DNA from: Eledone cirrhosa
Taxonomy: Eukaryota
Assembly: GCA_964016885.1 (NCBI GenBank)
Contig: OZ024740.1
Coordinates: 428,792,001-428,856,000 of the forward strand
Direction: 5' to 3'
Length of the DNA: 64,000 nt
The position numbers and the translations under genes were made by a program. This document shows, piece after piece, positions 38,618-52,067 of this stretch. The notes under the pieces are model-generated. The model made no database searches. It worked only from the letters and a program-made list of their open reading frames with translations, and was not told where the DNA came from. Positions within the stretch are counted from its first letter, which is position 1. The number at the start of each line of letters is the position of its first letter.

Positions 38618-38760
38618 AGGATTGAACCAGTTTTCAACTAGTTAGACGATTACTAAACAGATTACTCGATACTTGGGGTAGTCGAGTATGACTACATTAG
38701 AATGATTCGGTGCCCGACGGCTGAGCTCTGGCCATTTCGACAGCTAGATCCGAACTCAGT
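38618..38760 (-). mobile_element. Diverged family H relative
   Basis: TACTCGATACTTGGGGTAGTCGAGT...CCCGACGGCTGAGCTC..CCATTTCGACAGCT, between (TA)n tracts. Confidence 0.6.
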
Positions 38761-38763
38761 ATA

Positions 38764-38801
<38 letters not shown>

Positions 38802-38834
38802 ATTAGAATTTTATTTCTCGCTCTAGTATATATA

Positions 38835-39015
38835 TAATTGTTTCTACTTTTGGCACAAGGCCAGCAATTACCCAGTGTATTACTGGTACTTTATTTTATC
38901 GACCCCGTAAGGATGAAAGGCAAATTTAACTTCGACGGGATTTGAACTCCGACCATAAAGGGACGTAACTAGGCTACAAAAGATGGCGTCCGACCCTCTA
39001 CCGATACTGCCAATT
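38835..39015 (-). mobile_element. SINE family B
   Basis: Reverse-complement copy. Confidence 0.85.
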
Positions 39016-39371
39016 CATATAAATATAATGTATGTAAACCCTAGGGTAATTCCTACACCGTTCCAACATGTACTGAATAATATCTACACACTCCTTTCTT
39101 TAAAGTATCGAATACTATGTTGAAAAAACTGTCTTTAATTAGTAACATCTTAGCCATATATATATATCAAATGTTTATCCTGAGTTCAGTTTTTTTCGTC
39201 GCTATGGTCACTGCGGCCCCTCTATCGGTCGCTGTCTTCAATTTGCAAAGCTGTCTAAACGTAATGTTATAACTCTAGGGTAATATACCCTATTGAGGGC
39301 TTGGCTGTACACCGAGATTGCATTCGTTAGCTTGGCTGCAACCAGAGCTTCGATGATGCTGTACTAAATTT

Positions 39372-39970
<599 letters not shown>

Positions 39971-40369
39971 TTACGTTATATATATCCATGACAATATTAA
40001 GATGTTTACACGATATGAAGACGTTCGGTGCTATGTACGACCACGTCAGTGTATGAAAAAAAAAAGATAGAAAAAATTATAGTAGTAGTAGTAGTAGTAG
40101 TAGTAGTATGGGGAGGAGGAGGAGGAGAGGGCAAGATATATATTTGATCTGTGATCAAGCGTAAGAACTAAATGATGTCCCTTTACTCCCTCACAAGCAG
40201 TCACATTTTCCTTTCATCTCTCACACAAACTCTCTATATGTCGCTATCCTGCTCTCACCCGGTCCTATTTCTTTCTATATCTTCCCAACATTTTGGATAA
40301 TATCTCCATCCAACAGCAATGGCGTCCGTCAATTTTATAGATGTTGCTGTTTAAGTATGTCGACATATT

Positions 40370-40432
<63 letters not shown>

Positions 40433-42770
40433 GATCGTCAAAACAGGTGGTTGAACTCTCTCAAGAGAGCAATTAGAATAGAATCGATAGCATTTAGCAA
40501 GGAAGTAGCTTTAGAAAAAAACAAAACTGAAAAGGAACTGGTAGCTAAAATGAAGAGGCACTTAGGCATGGCAGTACAGCTGACGTACTAGCGGCGAGAA
40601 CGGCACTAGACCAGTTCTTCAACGTGAAACACGAAGGTTGTATTGTCAGATGTAGAACACGTGCTCTAAGAAACGAGGGAGCCAAAGCTGTTAGCTGGGT
40701 CCGAGTGGCAGAGGCGAAAAGTTACCACTTACCTGGTAGGGGAAGCCCAAACGTGTGCAATCCCGACCAGGTCCATACACGACAACCTCCACCTCATGCG
40801 ATACATCATAGAGAGGGTTGGGTGTAAACCTGGCTTCGGTGGGGCTCTGATCAATTTAGATCAGTCTAAGGCATTTGATAGGGTCGACCATCAATACTTG
40901 GAAACAGTTCTCAAGGCGGCTTCGGTCCCGTCTTCAGAGGCTGGATCGCTGCCATGCACACCAGCATCTGCTCAGCAGTCAAGGTTACCTATCAGAGCCA
41001 TTCTAAACCATGCGTTCCATCCGTCCGGTGTGCCCTCTTTCCTCCATTCTGTATGTACTGACTCTCGAGCCGTTACTGCGGAAGTTGGAGCTGTTGCAGG
41101 GCATCCCGATCAAACCAGGACTGCGGAAAGCAACGTCGGCTTATGCCGACGACATAACCGTAATGGTTGCGAAAACCTCGGAAGTCAGGGTAATCGGCAA
41201 CTTATTACAGGAATACCAAACGTTGAGAGGAGCAAAACTAAACCCAAACAAGTCTGTCGGTTTGCAACTCGAGACATGGAGAGGCAAACCCATGCCTTCC
41301 GCCAGTGTCGTTGGACGCTGGACGGAAGGACCGGTGAAATTGCTCGGAGTCTGGTTTGGTCCAGACCTCCAGGTGGACAAGAACTGGAACGAGGTCACGG
41401 CGAAGGTGTTTGCACTCATCCAGATGTGGGCTGAGTGCAAACTCTCTTTGAAAGGTCGAGCGGAGGTGGCGAACGCTTACATAGCGTCCGTCATCTACTA
41501 CCGCTTGACAGTTGTGCCTTGCTCCCGCGAATACCTCACCAAAATGGAACGCCTACTCTTCAAGTTCCTCTGGAAGAAACAGGCTCCATTGGTGAGGAAA
41601 TCCATCTGCTGTCAACACCCTTCTAACGGAGGGCTGGGCATGCCGTGGCTCATGATGCGCAAACACGCGCTGGGGCTACGCCAACTCCAGGTATTCCTGA
41701 CCGGTGACCCGGTGTGGCTGTCGTTTGTGAGACGAGCTCTTCCACAACTCGTCTCACTAACGGAGCGGCAGTCCTGGGTCAAGCGAAGACCGAAAATGGG
41801 TGCCTAGCACCTCGAGTGCCTTTAGGCGCTCACAGCCCTCTACCAAGTGGAAACGGCAATCAGCGGAGACTCCACTTCGACATTCTATAGGGGATTAGTG
41901 GAGGAGAAATGCGACGACGTTGTCGGGGAAACTCTAGGCATCGAGGAGGACGAACTGACCAGTCTGTTCGGGAGGACTTTCCGTCCAGGGCCTATGGATA
42001 ACTTCCAAAGGTCTCAGGTCTGGCAGTGCTACCGAGAAGCTCTACCAGTTCGAGAGAAAATCTACAGGCACGGATGCCCTGGCAGAGATCCTGATAAAAG
42101 GACCTGTCCAAGATGCGAGCAGGACATCGAAACCGTTCTGCACGCAATTGTTCAGTGCCCAGGGGTGACCGACCTGTGGAATTATGTCGAACAGCTGTTG
42201 TCACGTGTGGGACGCATCCAGTTGGCAGCTGAGTCCATCGTGAGGATCACCCCGCCGCCTTCATTTAAAAACGAGGGAGAGACGGTTTTCCTCTGTCTGG
42301 TGGCTATGGCGAAAGAGGTAATATGGTGGACGAGGTTAAAAGGACTGAGGGCAAACACCTTTCTCTCCGGACAACAACTTATCCCCTTCTTTAAGTACCA
42401 CTTCAGAAGGAAGGTGAGGGTGGAGAGAGGGTGCTACATCACAGTAAATTCGCTGAAAGGAGGGTGAATGTGGCGAAAATGGCCCGAGTGAATGGGCCTT
42501 CTCTGTATATAAACCTGTAGGTTGAGGAAGATAAACAGAGGGAAGACAGGAACACCTACAAAACGTGTTCCTGGTGTTAAGGGTTGTTCTATCCACGGGG
42601 TGTAAAACAACCCTGCAGTAACGTTCCCCCTATTGGGGATTTCAATTGTTATTTTATTATATATAGTTTATTGTTATTTATTAATGTTAAGGTTATTTTT
42701 ATGTAAAACCCCCGCCGTCACGTCTTGTAATGTCCCATTTTTGTACGCCCCTGTGGCAAATAAAGAAATA
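40433..42770 (+). mobile_element. Tx1/L1-group retrotransposon copy 3 (diverged subfamily, 5'-truncated, internally deleted, decayed RT)
   Basis: LDQSKAFDRVDH, CPLS.ILYVLTLEPL, AYADDIT, LLGV, SLKGRAEVANAY and CPRCEQDIETVLHAIVQC. Preceded by ~15 TATC units and followed by TATCTATCTATC. Confidence 0.92.
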
Positions 42771-42835
42771 TATCTATCTATCTGTGTGTACACGCACACA
42801 CACACACACAGTCACATACAAAGGTACACACATAC

Positions 42836-42881
<46 letters not shown>

Positions 42882-42966
42882 TGTGTGTGTGTGAGTGTGA
42901 GTTTGTGTATAATCTGTTTATACTCACACAGATGTATTGATATAGACATATGTCTACATGTATATG

Positions 42967-43008
<42 letters not shown>

Positions 43009-43091
43009 TATATGTGTGCGTGTGTGTATGTATATGTGTGCATATATGTGTATGTGTGTGTGTGTGTCTTCTTAGCCTAAAACATATATTT

Positions 43092-43139
<48 letters not shown>

Positions 43140-43163
43140 TATTTATATATATATATATATATG

Positions 43164-43243
<80 letters not shown>

Positions 43244-43249
<6 letters not shown>

Positions 43250-43770
43250 ATGTTGAAAAGGTAACACACTAGAGAGAGATATACAGTGCGCTATCAATAA
43301 AACAGGGAAAAACCACCAGTGTATGGAATCTATAACCTATGAAAGGCAGACTATAGACACGATAATTAAAAGTATAAATTAAAATGTATATACGCACCTC
43401 TATAACTATATAACACACGTACAAATCCAAAGAGATCTGTTTCGCCAGTAAGTTGTTAACAGAAATGGAATAACCTCGATTCCTCAGCGTGTGTAAGGCT
43501 ATACATTTCAGACAACACTAAGATAATTTTAAATGTGACTGTCCAGCTACACGTGGGAGAGAGAAGTCACAGCGTGTTTAAGGGCAGTGAACCAGTGGTA
43601 CGTGTGTTATATAATTATGGAGGTATTTATTTACGCTTTAATTTATATTTTTAATTATCGTGTCTATAGTCTGCCTTTCATAGGTTATAGATTCCATACA
43701 CTGGTGGTTTTTCCCTGTTTTATTGATAGCGCACTGTATATCTCTCTCTAGTGTGTTACCTTTTCATCAT

Positions 43771-43776
<6 letters not shown>
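43244..43776. mobile_element. Fold-back element with ~179-bp inverted arms and ~175-bp spacer in (TA)n
   Basis: 43244-43422 is the reverse complement of 43598-43776. Confidence 0.9.
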
Positions 43777-43801
<25 letters not shown>

Positions 43802-43877
43802 AACAAAGGAATTCTGGTAAGGAACCAGATGAATCATAACGCACCAGAGTACTCAATACTTAGGGTAGTAGAGTGGG

Positions 43878-43880
<3 letters not shown>
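43802..43880 (-). mobile_element. Family H tail only
   Basis: AAGGAACCAGATGAATCATAACGCACCAGAGTACTCAATACTTAGGGTAGTAGAGTGGGAAA between (TA)n tracts. Confidence 0.85.
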
Positions 43881-43974
<94 letters not shown>

Positions 43975-43975
43975 C

Positions 43976-44081
<106 letters not shown>

Positions 44082-44109
44082 GTATATATATATATACATA
44101 TATATATAC

Positions 44110-44162
<53 letters not shown>

Positions 44163-44175
44163 CGTATATATATAC

Positions 44176-44271
<96 letters not shown>

Positions 44272-45821
44272 ATATATACATATAAAGAAAGAAAGAAATA
44301 AAGAAAGAAATAAAGAAATAACGAAATAAGTAAATAAACTAGGTGGGACGGAATAGTCAGGGACCCTTTTAAGAGGTATAAGTACGTAAATCATACGGTG
44401 ACGGGTCAACAAATGGGGCCAAAATACTAAAGAAACTACCACCAAATAAATAATAAAGGTTTCTATCCCGGGCACCAGGCCAGCAACCACCCAGTGCAGC
44501 AAAGTAAACTAGTACTAGATAATAATTCTGAGTCCCGAAAAAAAATATACTAATGCTAACTCTAAAGGTACCGCCGCGCTACAAAAGATCTTATACAAGC
44601 TACATGAAAGTTCATACGAAGTAAAGGTAGAATACGGAAAAATAAATTCAGAATCCACCCCGCCCAAAAGAAAAGAGAAGAAAGAAATACTGAAACGAGA
44701 AAATAAGGCATAAGTGCCACTAAGAAATATAGAAGGCACGGAAAATAGGGGGAGCGGTCGGAAAAGGGGGCAAGTATCCGGGGTCTAACACAACTGCTAT
44801 AAAAAGCGGAGTCCGCCAAATCTATCATAGACTAGGGGAGGGGGTGGGGGTACTGAGGCTACAAGGGGCCAAAGGGCAGCCTCGGGTGGGCGAGAAAAGA
44901 CGCCGACAAAGAAGAAGAACTGGGGTAGAAGGACTAAGGAGGGATGGGGGGAAGAGGGGAATAAAGGAAGCGATAAAAGAATAAAAAGATCTTACGTCCC
45001 CCTTGGCAAGCAGGGGTTACCCATTGCAAAATCGGCAAGTGGGGTATTATAGCCCTAGTCTACCCCCCCCCCCGGCTCATTATGGGGTTTGAGGGCGAGG
45101 TAAGTCCTACGCAATCTATGTTTACATGCAGTAACCAGTTCATATATATACATATATATATATACATATATATATATATACATATATATATACAGAGAGA
45201 AAGAAATAAAACTGTATTCATGTGTATACATGTGTGTGTATGTATACACACACATAAGTAAGTGTATTATTAACATTGTACGTAAGAATGATATTCAAAC
45301 ACATTTGTACAAGATGGACGGTGAACGGGAAAGAAGCGAAACGACGGAAAGGAAACGAGACTAGGAGTTTAAAAGACGTGTGTAAGGCAGAAAAATGTCT
45401 GACGATGCGTGTGGGCGGTGATTTGTGTCGCTAATAAATAGCTTTAATGGTATTCTCTACTCATTTAACGGGTCACTATCTAAACATGACGTTTCGTGGG
45501 TGACGAAGTGAGGCGGAGCCCTGACAAACATTGGAGGTTAGCTGATGGTGTTTTATGGCCCGATTCACTGGCCCGTGTACTAACACTGTCTTTTGTTTGT
45601 TGTTGTTGTTGCTGTTCTTTCGAATGTCTTTTTTAACGCCATTGATGTCGTCGTTTTTTGTTGTTACTTTTGTTAGACTTAGTTATTGATGTTGTTGTTA
45701 TTGATGCTGTTGTTATTAATGTTGTTGTTATTATTGATGTAGTCATTGTTGTTATTGATGTCGCAGTTGTTGTTGTTGATGTTGTTGCTGCTGCTGCTGT
45801 CGACATGGTCGTTGCCGTTGC

Positions 45822-45872
<51 letters not shown>

Positions 45873-45910
45873 TTACAGTAGTAGTAGTTGTTGTTGTTGC
45901 TGCTGCTGCT

Positions 45911-45957
<47 letters not shown>

Positions 45958-46390
45958 AGCTGCTGCTGTCGACGCGATCGCTGGTTGATGTCTGTAAAAA
46001 TAAATAAATATATAATTAAATCAATAATAAATACTTCAAAGACGGAGATGAAAGGAAAGGGGAGACAATAAGGGCAAGAAGGAGTGTTAACAACATTGGA
46101 TAATGATGACATTGTTGTCTGGGAAACTAGCTGGACAACGATGATGATGGTGATGATGATGATGGTGATGATGGTGACGATTACGAAGATATGGTGACGA
46201 CGATGACGTTGACGATAATGATAGCGATAATGACGATAATGATGATGATGATGATGATAATGACGATAATGATGATGATCACGATGGTGATGATGATGAT
46301 GATGACGATGATGTTGATGATGAATCTAAAATGAGAAGACGACAAAAGGATGTAGAAAACAAGTATTATCACACGAAGCAATATAACCAA

Positions 46391-47215
46391 CTAGCAGTGG
46401 TACCCGGCGTTGCACGGGATAAGGTATTTTGGAACGCGGGCCGCCAACAAACGTAATCGATGAAGCAGGAAAAATACAGGTTTTCACCTAATGCGGGCCC
46501 TAGGAGATCAAGAAAATGAATTTTTTTTATGTGCATAATATGCCTTGAAATTTCGGGAAAGTCAGCTAGACGTAACGCCTCCAAAAAGCCCTAAAAAGCT
46601 GGGGGAAAAAATGAGTTTTTTCACCTAATGCGGGCCCTAGGCCATAAAAAGTTGGATTTTCTTTGCTCATGGTATGAAGAAGAGACTGACTAATATATAG
46701 TTACAATTTCAAGGAAATCGGTCTGACGTAACGCCTCAAAAAACCCTAAAAAGCTTTAAAAAACGCAGTTTTTCACCTAATGCGGGCCCTAGGAGATTAA
46801 AAAGTTGAATTTTTTATGTGCATAACACTCCCTGAAACATAAGTAATACACATGTAAAGTTTGAAAAAGGTTGGTTGGGTACTTCTCGAGTTTTAGGGAT
46901 TCAAACTCACAGACACACACACACACACAGACATCCTCAAGGAAGTGACATAATGCAGACAGCCAGACATACAGACATATATTATAAGGGCGCGACGTTA
47001 TATGTATGTATATATCTAAAAAGAGAAAGACTAAGAATTATAAAGAGAGATCGCTAAATCGCCTAATGCGGTCCCTAGGGCATTGAAAATTTGAATTTTT
47101 TTTTTGCTCAGAACACTCGCTGAAACATAAATATAGTCGGTTGGGTGGTTCTCGAGTTTTAGGGATTCAAACTCACACACACACAGATAGACATCCGCAG
47201 TTTTATATATAGAGA
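46391..47215 (-). mobile_element. Non-autonomous Helitron-like element, copy 2
   Basis: Minus strand A|TC start; 3' hairpin CCCGTGCAACGCCGGG followed by CTAG|T; no TSD. Confidence 0.85.
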
Positions 47216-47244
47216 TTACATTTACATATATGTATGTATGTATA

Positions 47245-47880
47245 TGTTATCTCTTTCTCTTAATTTCGAGTATATTTTTGACCGGCCACCTTCCTGGTGG
47301 CAAGGTTGTAAAAGAAAAGAAATTGTCATCCCTTGAATCGCAAGAATGTTTTGCAAATTTTGAAGGTGCCAGCTATCGCAGCCATTTGTAGACTATGAAT
47401 TAAGGAGCTGCGCTCTTTGTCCGCAAATCCAAGTTCAGTCATACTTTGGTCCAAGCGGGTTGGTATATAACTCGTAGCTCCAATAATGAAGGGTATGAAG
47501 CTAAAGATGTATCTTGGCTACTGGATTTGCAAACTCCTCATCAATGATCCGTAGATGTCCTCCTTCTCCTGTATTTTTCTGACAACGTTTACATCAAGTG
47601 GGCAGCTGATCTCCACAACAGAACACGTTTTCAATGTGTGGTCCCAAACAACAATATCAGGCCGGTTGTGCTTTAATCTGGTGGCAGTTTTTATTTTCAG
47701 GTTCCACCAGTATTCCTTAGTGCCATCTGTCTCAATATATTCTTCCTCGTTTGTTGTTAATTTTGTTTTCCCAAGTGCGTTCCAGATGGTTCTAGCTATC
47801 CCATCGTGTCTCATGGGGAGGTAGTAGAGAGATGACATTCTTTCGCAGCTGGCAACAATGTGGCTTACATCCTCGATCTT
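47245..47880 (-). mobile_element. R4/Dong-like RLE LINE 3' fragment (second, diverged)
   Basis: EDVSHIVASC..MSSLYYLPMRHD...HNRPDIVVWD...VVEISCP...EKEDIY. Flanked by (CATA)n-like repeats. Confidence 0.88.
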
Positions 47881-48069
47881 TGTTTGTGTATATGTATGTA
47901 TATATGTATCTATGTGTATACGTATGCATGCTATGTGTGTATGGTATGTATGTATGTGTTAAATGGAAAAATGGCTGGATTGATGGATGTATATCTGGAT
48001 AATAGTGTGCATGTATGTATGTATGTATGTATGTATGTATGTATGTATGTATGTATGTATGTATGTATT

Positions 48070-48505
48070 TGTCAAGGCAGAATTCTAGGAGAAGGAAACT
48101 CTGATATAACACCTGCAACCCTGATGGTATCCAATGATGTTAACGTGTTCTTCTTTTTGGTAAATATCATCTTGGTTAAGAGAGTGGGACTGGCTTTGTA
48201 CAGTGCCTTTGCTCACTATAAAAGCTTCACAGCACAGGCATTGCTTTATATCTGGAGACTCTCTGCACTTGTCGTTACATGGTACCATGGGCCCAACACC
48301 ATGTGTCAATAATTGTCACAAGGGTAGTGTTTGTACCAGAGTTTTCAAGTCGCTGGCTGGACTAAAAAGTCACACTCGTTCATGGCATTGGTAGGAGTTC
48401 TCCTACATGGATATAAAGTAGTGGCCGTACTCGAAAACGAGTTGGCAGCCACCATGTATGTATGTATGTATGTATGTATGTATGTATGTATGTATGTATG
48501 TATGC
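48070..48505 (+). mobile_element. Family T retroposon, 5'-truncated copy
   Basis: Between two (TATG)n tracts. Confidence 0.88.
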
Positions 48506-48517
48506 ATGTATTTATGT

Positions 48518-49130
48518 CAGGTCACCAGTTGGTGCTACTGGTAACATGTATCCCAGTACAACCTGTCCCATGGTCGGGTCGTTGGCGACTAAACTGGCAA
48601 CCCCACCAAGGTTTCTTGGTGAGGAGGGTGATTTTGGACATCCTGCAGGACTAAAAACAAAACCTGTCAAAGGGCAAAGGAGCTCTTAAGAGTCAGTGGC
48701 CATCCAAAATCACCGAGAGAGATGACCCCTTATCCTTTGTCAAGACAGAATTCTAGGAGAAGGAAAACTCTGATATAACACCTGCAACCCTGATGGTATC
48801 CAATGATGTTGACTTGTTCTTCTTTTTGGTAAATATCATCTTGGTTAAGAGAGTGGAACTGGCTTTGTGCAGTGCCTTTACTCACTGTAAAAGCTTCACG
48901 GCACAGGCATTGCTTTATATCTGGAGACCTCTCTGCACTTGTCGTCACATGGTACCATGGGCCCAGCACTGTGCGTCAATAATTGTCACAAGTGTAGTGT
49001 TTGTACCAGAGTTTTCAAGTCGCTGGCTGGACTAAACAGTTACACTTGTTCAGCGCATCGGTAGGGGTTCTCCTACATGGATATAAAGTAGTGGCCGTAC
49101 TCGAAAACGAGTTGGCAGCCACCATGTATG
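48518..49130 (+). mobile_element. Family T retroposon, full copy
   Basis: Homologous to 27476-28087. Confidence 0.88.
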
Positions 49131-49133
49131 CAC

Positions 49134-49204
49134 GTATATTTGTATGGAGTAGCTACGGTGTGAAAATGGGGATGACGGCAATTCAGGGTAGTACTCAATA
49201 CATG
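49134..49204 (-). CDS. Candidate internal exon of an unidentified host gene (HVLSTTLNCRHPHFHTVATPYKY)
   Basis: Strong acceptor TATTTCTACTCTCTATTTCAG; weak donor GTGCAT. 71 nt, phase 0-2, phase-compatible with 34386-34443. Confidence 0.4.
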
Positions 49205-49511
49205 CTGAAATAGAGAGTAGAAATAGTCATGTGGTAGATTCCCACCGTTGAATCCAACCGTTTTCACTTGAGTTCTACAAGTATTTCCAAGGCAACTCCC
49301 TTGAAATACACACACACATATATATTTTTCAAAACTCCGATATTCCAACCTATTATCTTTCTCCTCAAACTCCCAAAGAAGGACTTACGTCCGTAACGTC
49401 AACCCCCCCCCCCTCTTCTACCTCATCCTAAGCGAGGAACTAAGACATTCATTTTACATCTCTGTGTTTGTCTTGTTATTTCTAGAACTATATATATATA
49501 TTTATATATAA

Positions 49512-49573
<62 letters not shown>

Positions 49574-50339
49574 AAATATGATAATAATGATGGCTGCCCG
49601 TTGCAAATGGTGGTGCATATGAAAAAGTGAGTCCTTCATCAGTGACCCTCCAACCGTCCCAGGCATTTCATCGCTTTAAGGGCCATATGCCTCAGGTTGG
49701 TGCGAACAACGGCTAAAAAAAAGTCGTTGGGACACGTAAATAAAGGGGACGTTAGGGTAACAAACAAAATGGTTTAAGCAACGGAAAGTGAGAAGAAATA
49801 GACAAGTCCCAGATCTCTATGAATATAAACTCGGTGAAATCGTGAACAAGAGACAAAAGACCATCAAACCTGGTTGAAATGTGAGAAAGGAAGGAATTTC
49901 GCACAAGTCTAACGGGGGGAAGAAGAAGAAGAAGAAGAAGAAGAAGAAGAAGAAGAAGGGGTCTGGTCTACGAAGTAAACATAAGTTTTGTGAAGTCGCA
50001 GACGAAAGAGAGAGAGAAAAAAAATTCCATACCAGCTTGGCCAGGACGCGCGAGAAAAGAATTTCACACAGGTCAAACTTGAAGGAGGAGGAGGAAAGAG
50101 GAGGAGGAGAGGTAGTGACAGAGAATGAGTGAGTGAAAGTTGAGGAAGAGGCTAACAGAGAGAGAGACTGCTAGAAAGGGTAAAAATTACAAAGAACGAG
50201 AAAGGGTAAAGGTACAAAGGATATATATATATATATATATATACAGGAGAATGGGCAGGCGATTCAAGAACACGCCTTGTCCGTTCCCTTGTCGCTTTTG
50301 TTTGGATTGCCTTGGTAACGTAACCTTATTATATAAGAA

Positions 50340-50415
50340 GCTGTCTGATGATGTCACGGCACTGGGTTACACAGAATCGTGTGGCCACTGTCGTCATTGA
50401 AATATGTATCACAGC
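50340..50415 (+). ncRNA. Type I hammerhead ribozyme candidate in a ~225-bp (TA)n-flanked element (50245-50470)
   Basis: Stem I GCTGT/ACAGC, core CTGATGA (50345-50351), long stem II, GAAA (50399-50402), minimal stem III, ATC cleavage triplet (50408-50410). Confidence 0.7.
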
Positions 50416-50514
50416 ATTACCAATAAATGACTTTAACATCTGAAACTACTTCGCATTTTCTCATTCTATATACATATATACATATATATATATACATATA
50501 TCTACATATATATA

Positions 50515-50630
50515 GGCGTGTGGCTGAGTGGTTAGAGAATTGTATTCGCAATCGTAAGGTTGTGAGTTCGATTCCTGGACCAGGCGATGCGTTATGTCCT
50601 TGGGCAAGAGACTTTATTTCACGTTGCTCC
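50515..50630 (+). mobile_element. SINE family A, 5' part
   Basis: TGGCTGAGTGG, GAGTTCGATTC and GTCCTTGGGCAAGAGACTTT. Confidence 0.8.
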
Positions 50631-50726
50631 TTCTACCTGGAGTTGCGACCGATAGATAGTATTAGCAATTGGAAAGACCAACGGAAACATTGTTCCCTCG
50701 GTCCGATTTGACGAAAGTCGATCGTT

Positions 50727-50764
<38 letters not shown>

Positions 50765-50773
<9 letters not shown>

Positions 50774-51247
50774 CGTAAAATAAGAAAATTATAAAATTAA
50801 CTTACTTACAAAAATATCACTTCCAACTAATTAGTTTCTGGAATGGAATAAATATATTTTCCGAAGAAGACATAGAGAATCATTCCGTCGTTCGGGAAGA
50901 CTATTCTCATCTAAGTATCCAGGCAAAGCGTTGACTCTGGAAACTTATTAAAAAAGTTTCCAGAGTCCACGCTTTGCCTGGATACTTAGATGAGAATAGT
51001 CTTCCCGAACGACGGAATGATTCTCTATGTCTTCTTCGGAAAATATATTTATTCCATTCCAGAAACTAATTAGTTGGAAGTGATATTTTTGTAAGTAAGT
51101 TAATTTTATAATTTTCTTATTTTACGTCTCTCATATTATTGTTCTGCAACCCCATGCATTGAACCACAAAGTTACTAAGACAAAACCTATATATTTGCTA
51201 GCATTGATATGCATCTGTATGTATATATATGTTACTAGATATTAATT

Positions 51248-51250
<3 letters not shown>
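50765..51250 (+). mobile_element. Near-perfect ~370-bp palindrome plus ~115-bp tail in (TA)n
   Basis: 50765-50946 is the reverse complement of ~50954-51135. The tail is shared with 17284-17465. Confidence 0.92.
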
Positions 51251-51296
<46 letters not shown>

Positions 51297-51312
51297 TATA
51301 TATATACGTGTT

Positions 51313-51347
<35 letters not shown>

Positions 51348-51995
51348 ATGACATACAGGTACTGGGTTGTGTGCTGTTCTTGAGAAAACACTTCATTTCA
51401 CATTGCTCCAATATTCTTAGCTTAAAATGACTCCCAGCAATATCTGAGGGCTTAACTCTGCAATGAACTGGCCTCCTGTCCAGGGGTGTCTTATACTCTC
51501 AGAGGAGAACAGACTAATTCTGAAGAAAGGGAAAACAAAGAGTGACATTCCATGTATAAGTATCACTGATGTTGTAATGGTGTGTAGTACATGTTTGACT
51601 GATCGAAGTACAATGTGCAAACTAGATACTACAAACCAAACAGAAAAGACTATATATATCATAATAAAAATAGAGGGACTCATATAAATCTTTATAAATA
51701 GGACTACTTATAATGAATAAATCTTTATAAAGAAGTAATGGCTAAATCTGTACAGAATTTTGTAGCAAGTATTTCCTGTATATACTTTATATATTTTATA
51801 TACATTATAAAACTTATTTTTTAAAAAGAATTGTCCCTCTCATTTTTTCAATAATGTCATATTTTCAATAATGTCACTTTGACGAATCAAAGAAAGGATA
51901 AAAAAAGAAAAACAGATCCTTAAATATATTTTTCGCGCTATTTCCAACTTCAGCTTTTCTCTATATCCACTGTTTTGTATAGAACCTTACTTCCC

Positions 51996-52061
<66 letters not shown>

Positions 52062-52067
52062 CATTAG

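Noticed and set aside
39288-39362. Minus-strand candidate exon [25 protein letters not shown]
   Set aside because: No polypyrimidine tract, weak donor, and phase incompatible with the neighbouring candidate exons.
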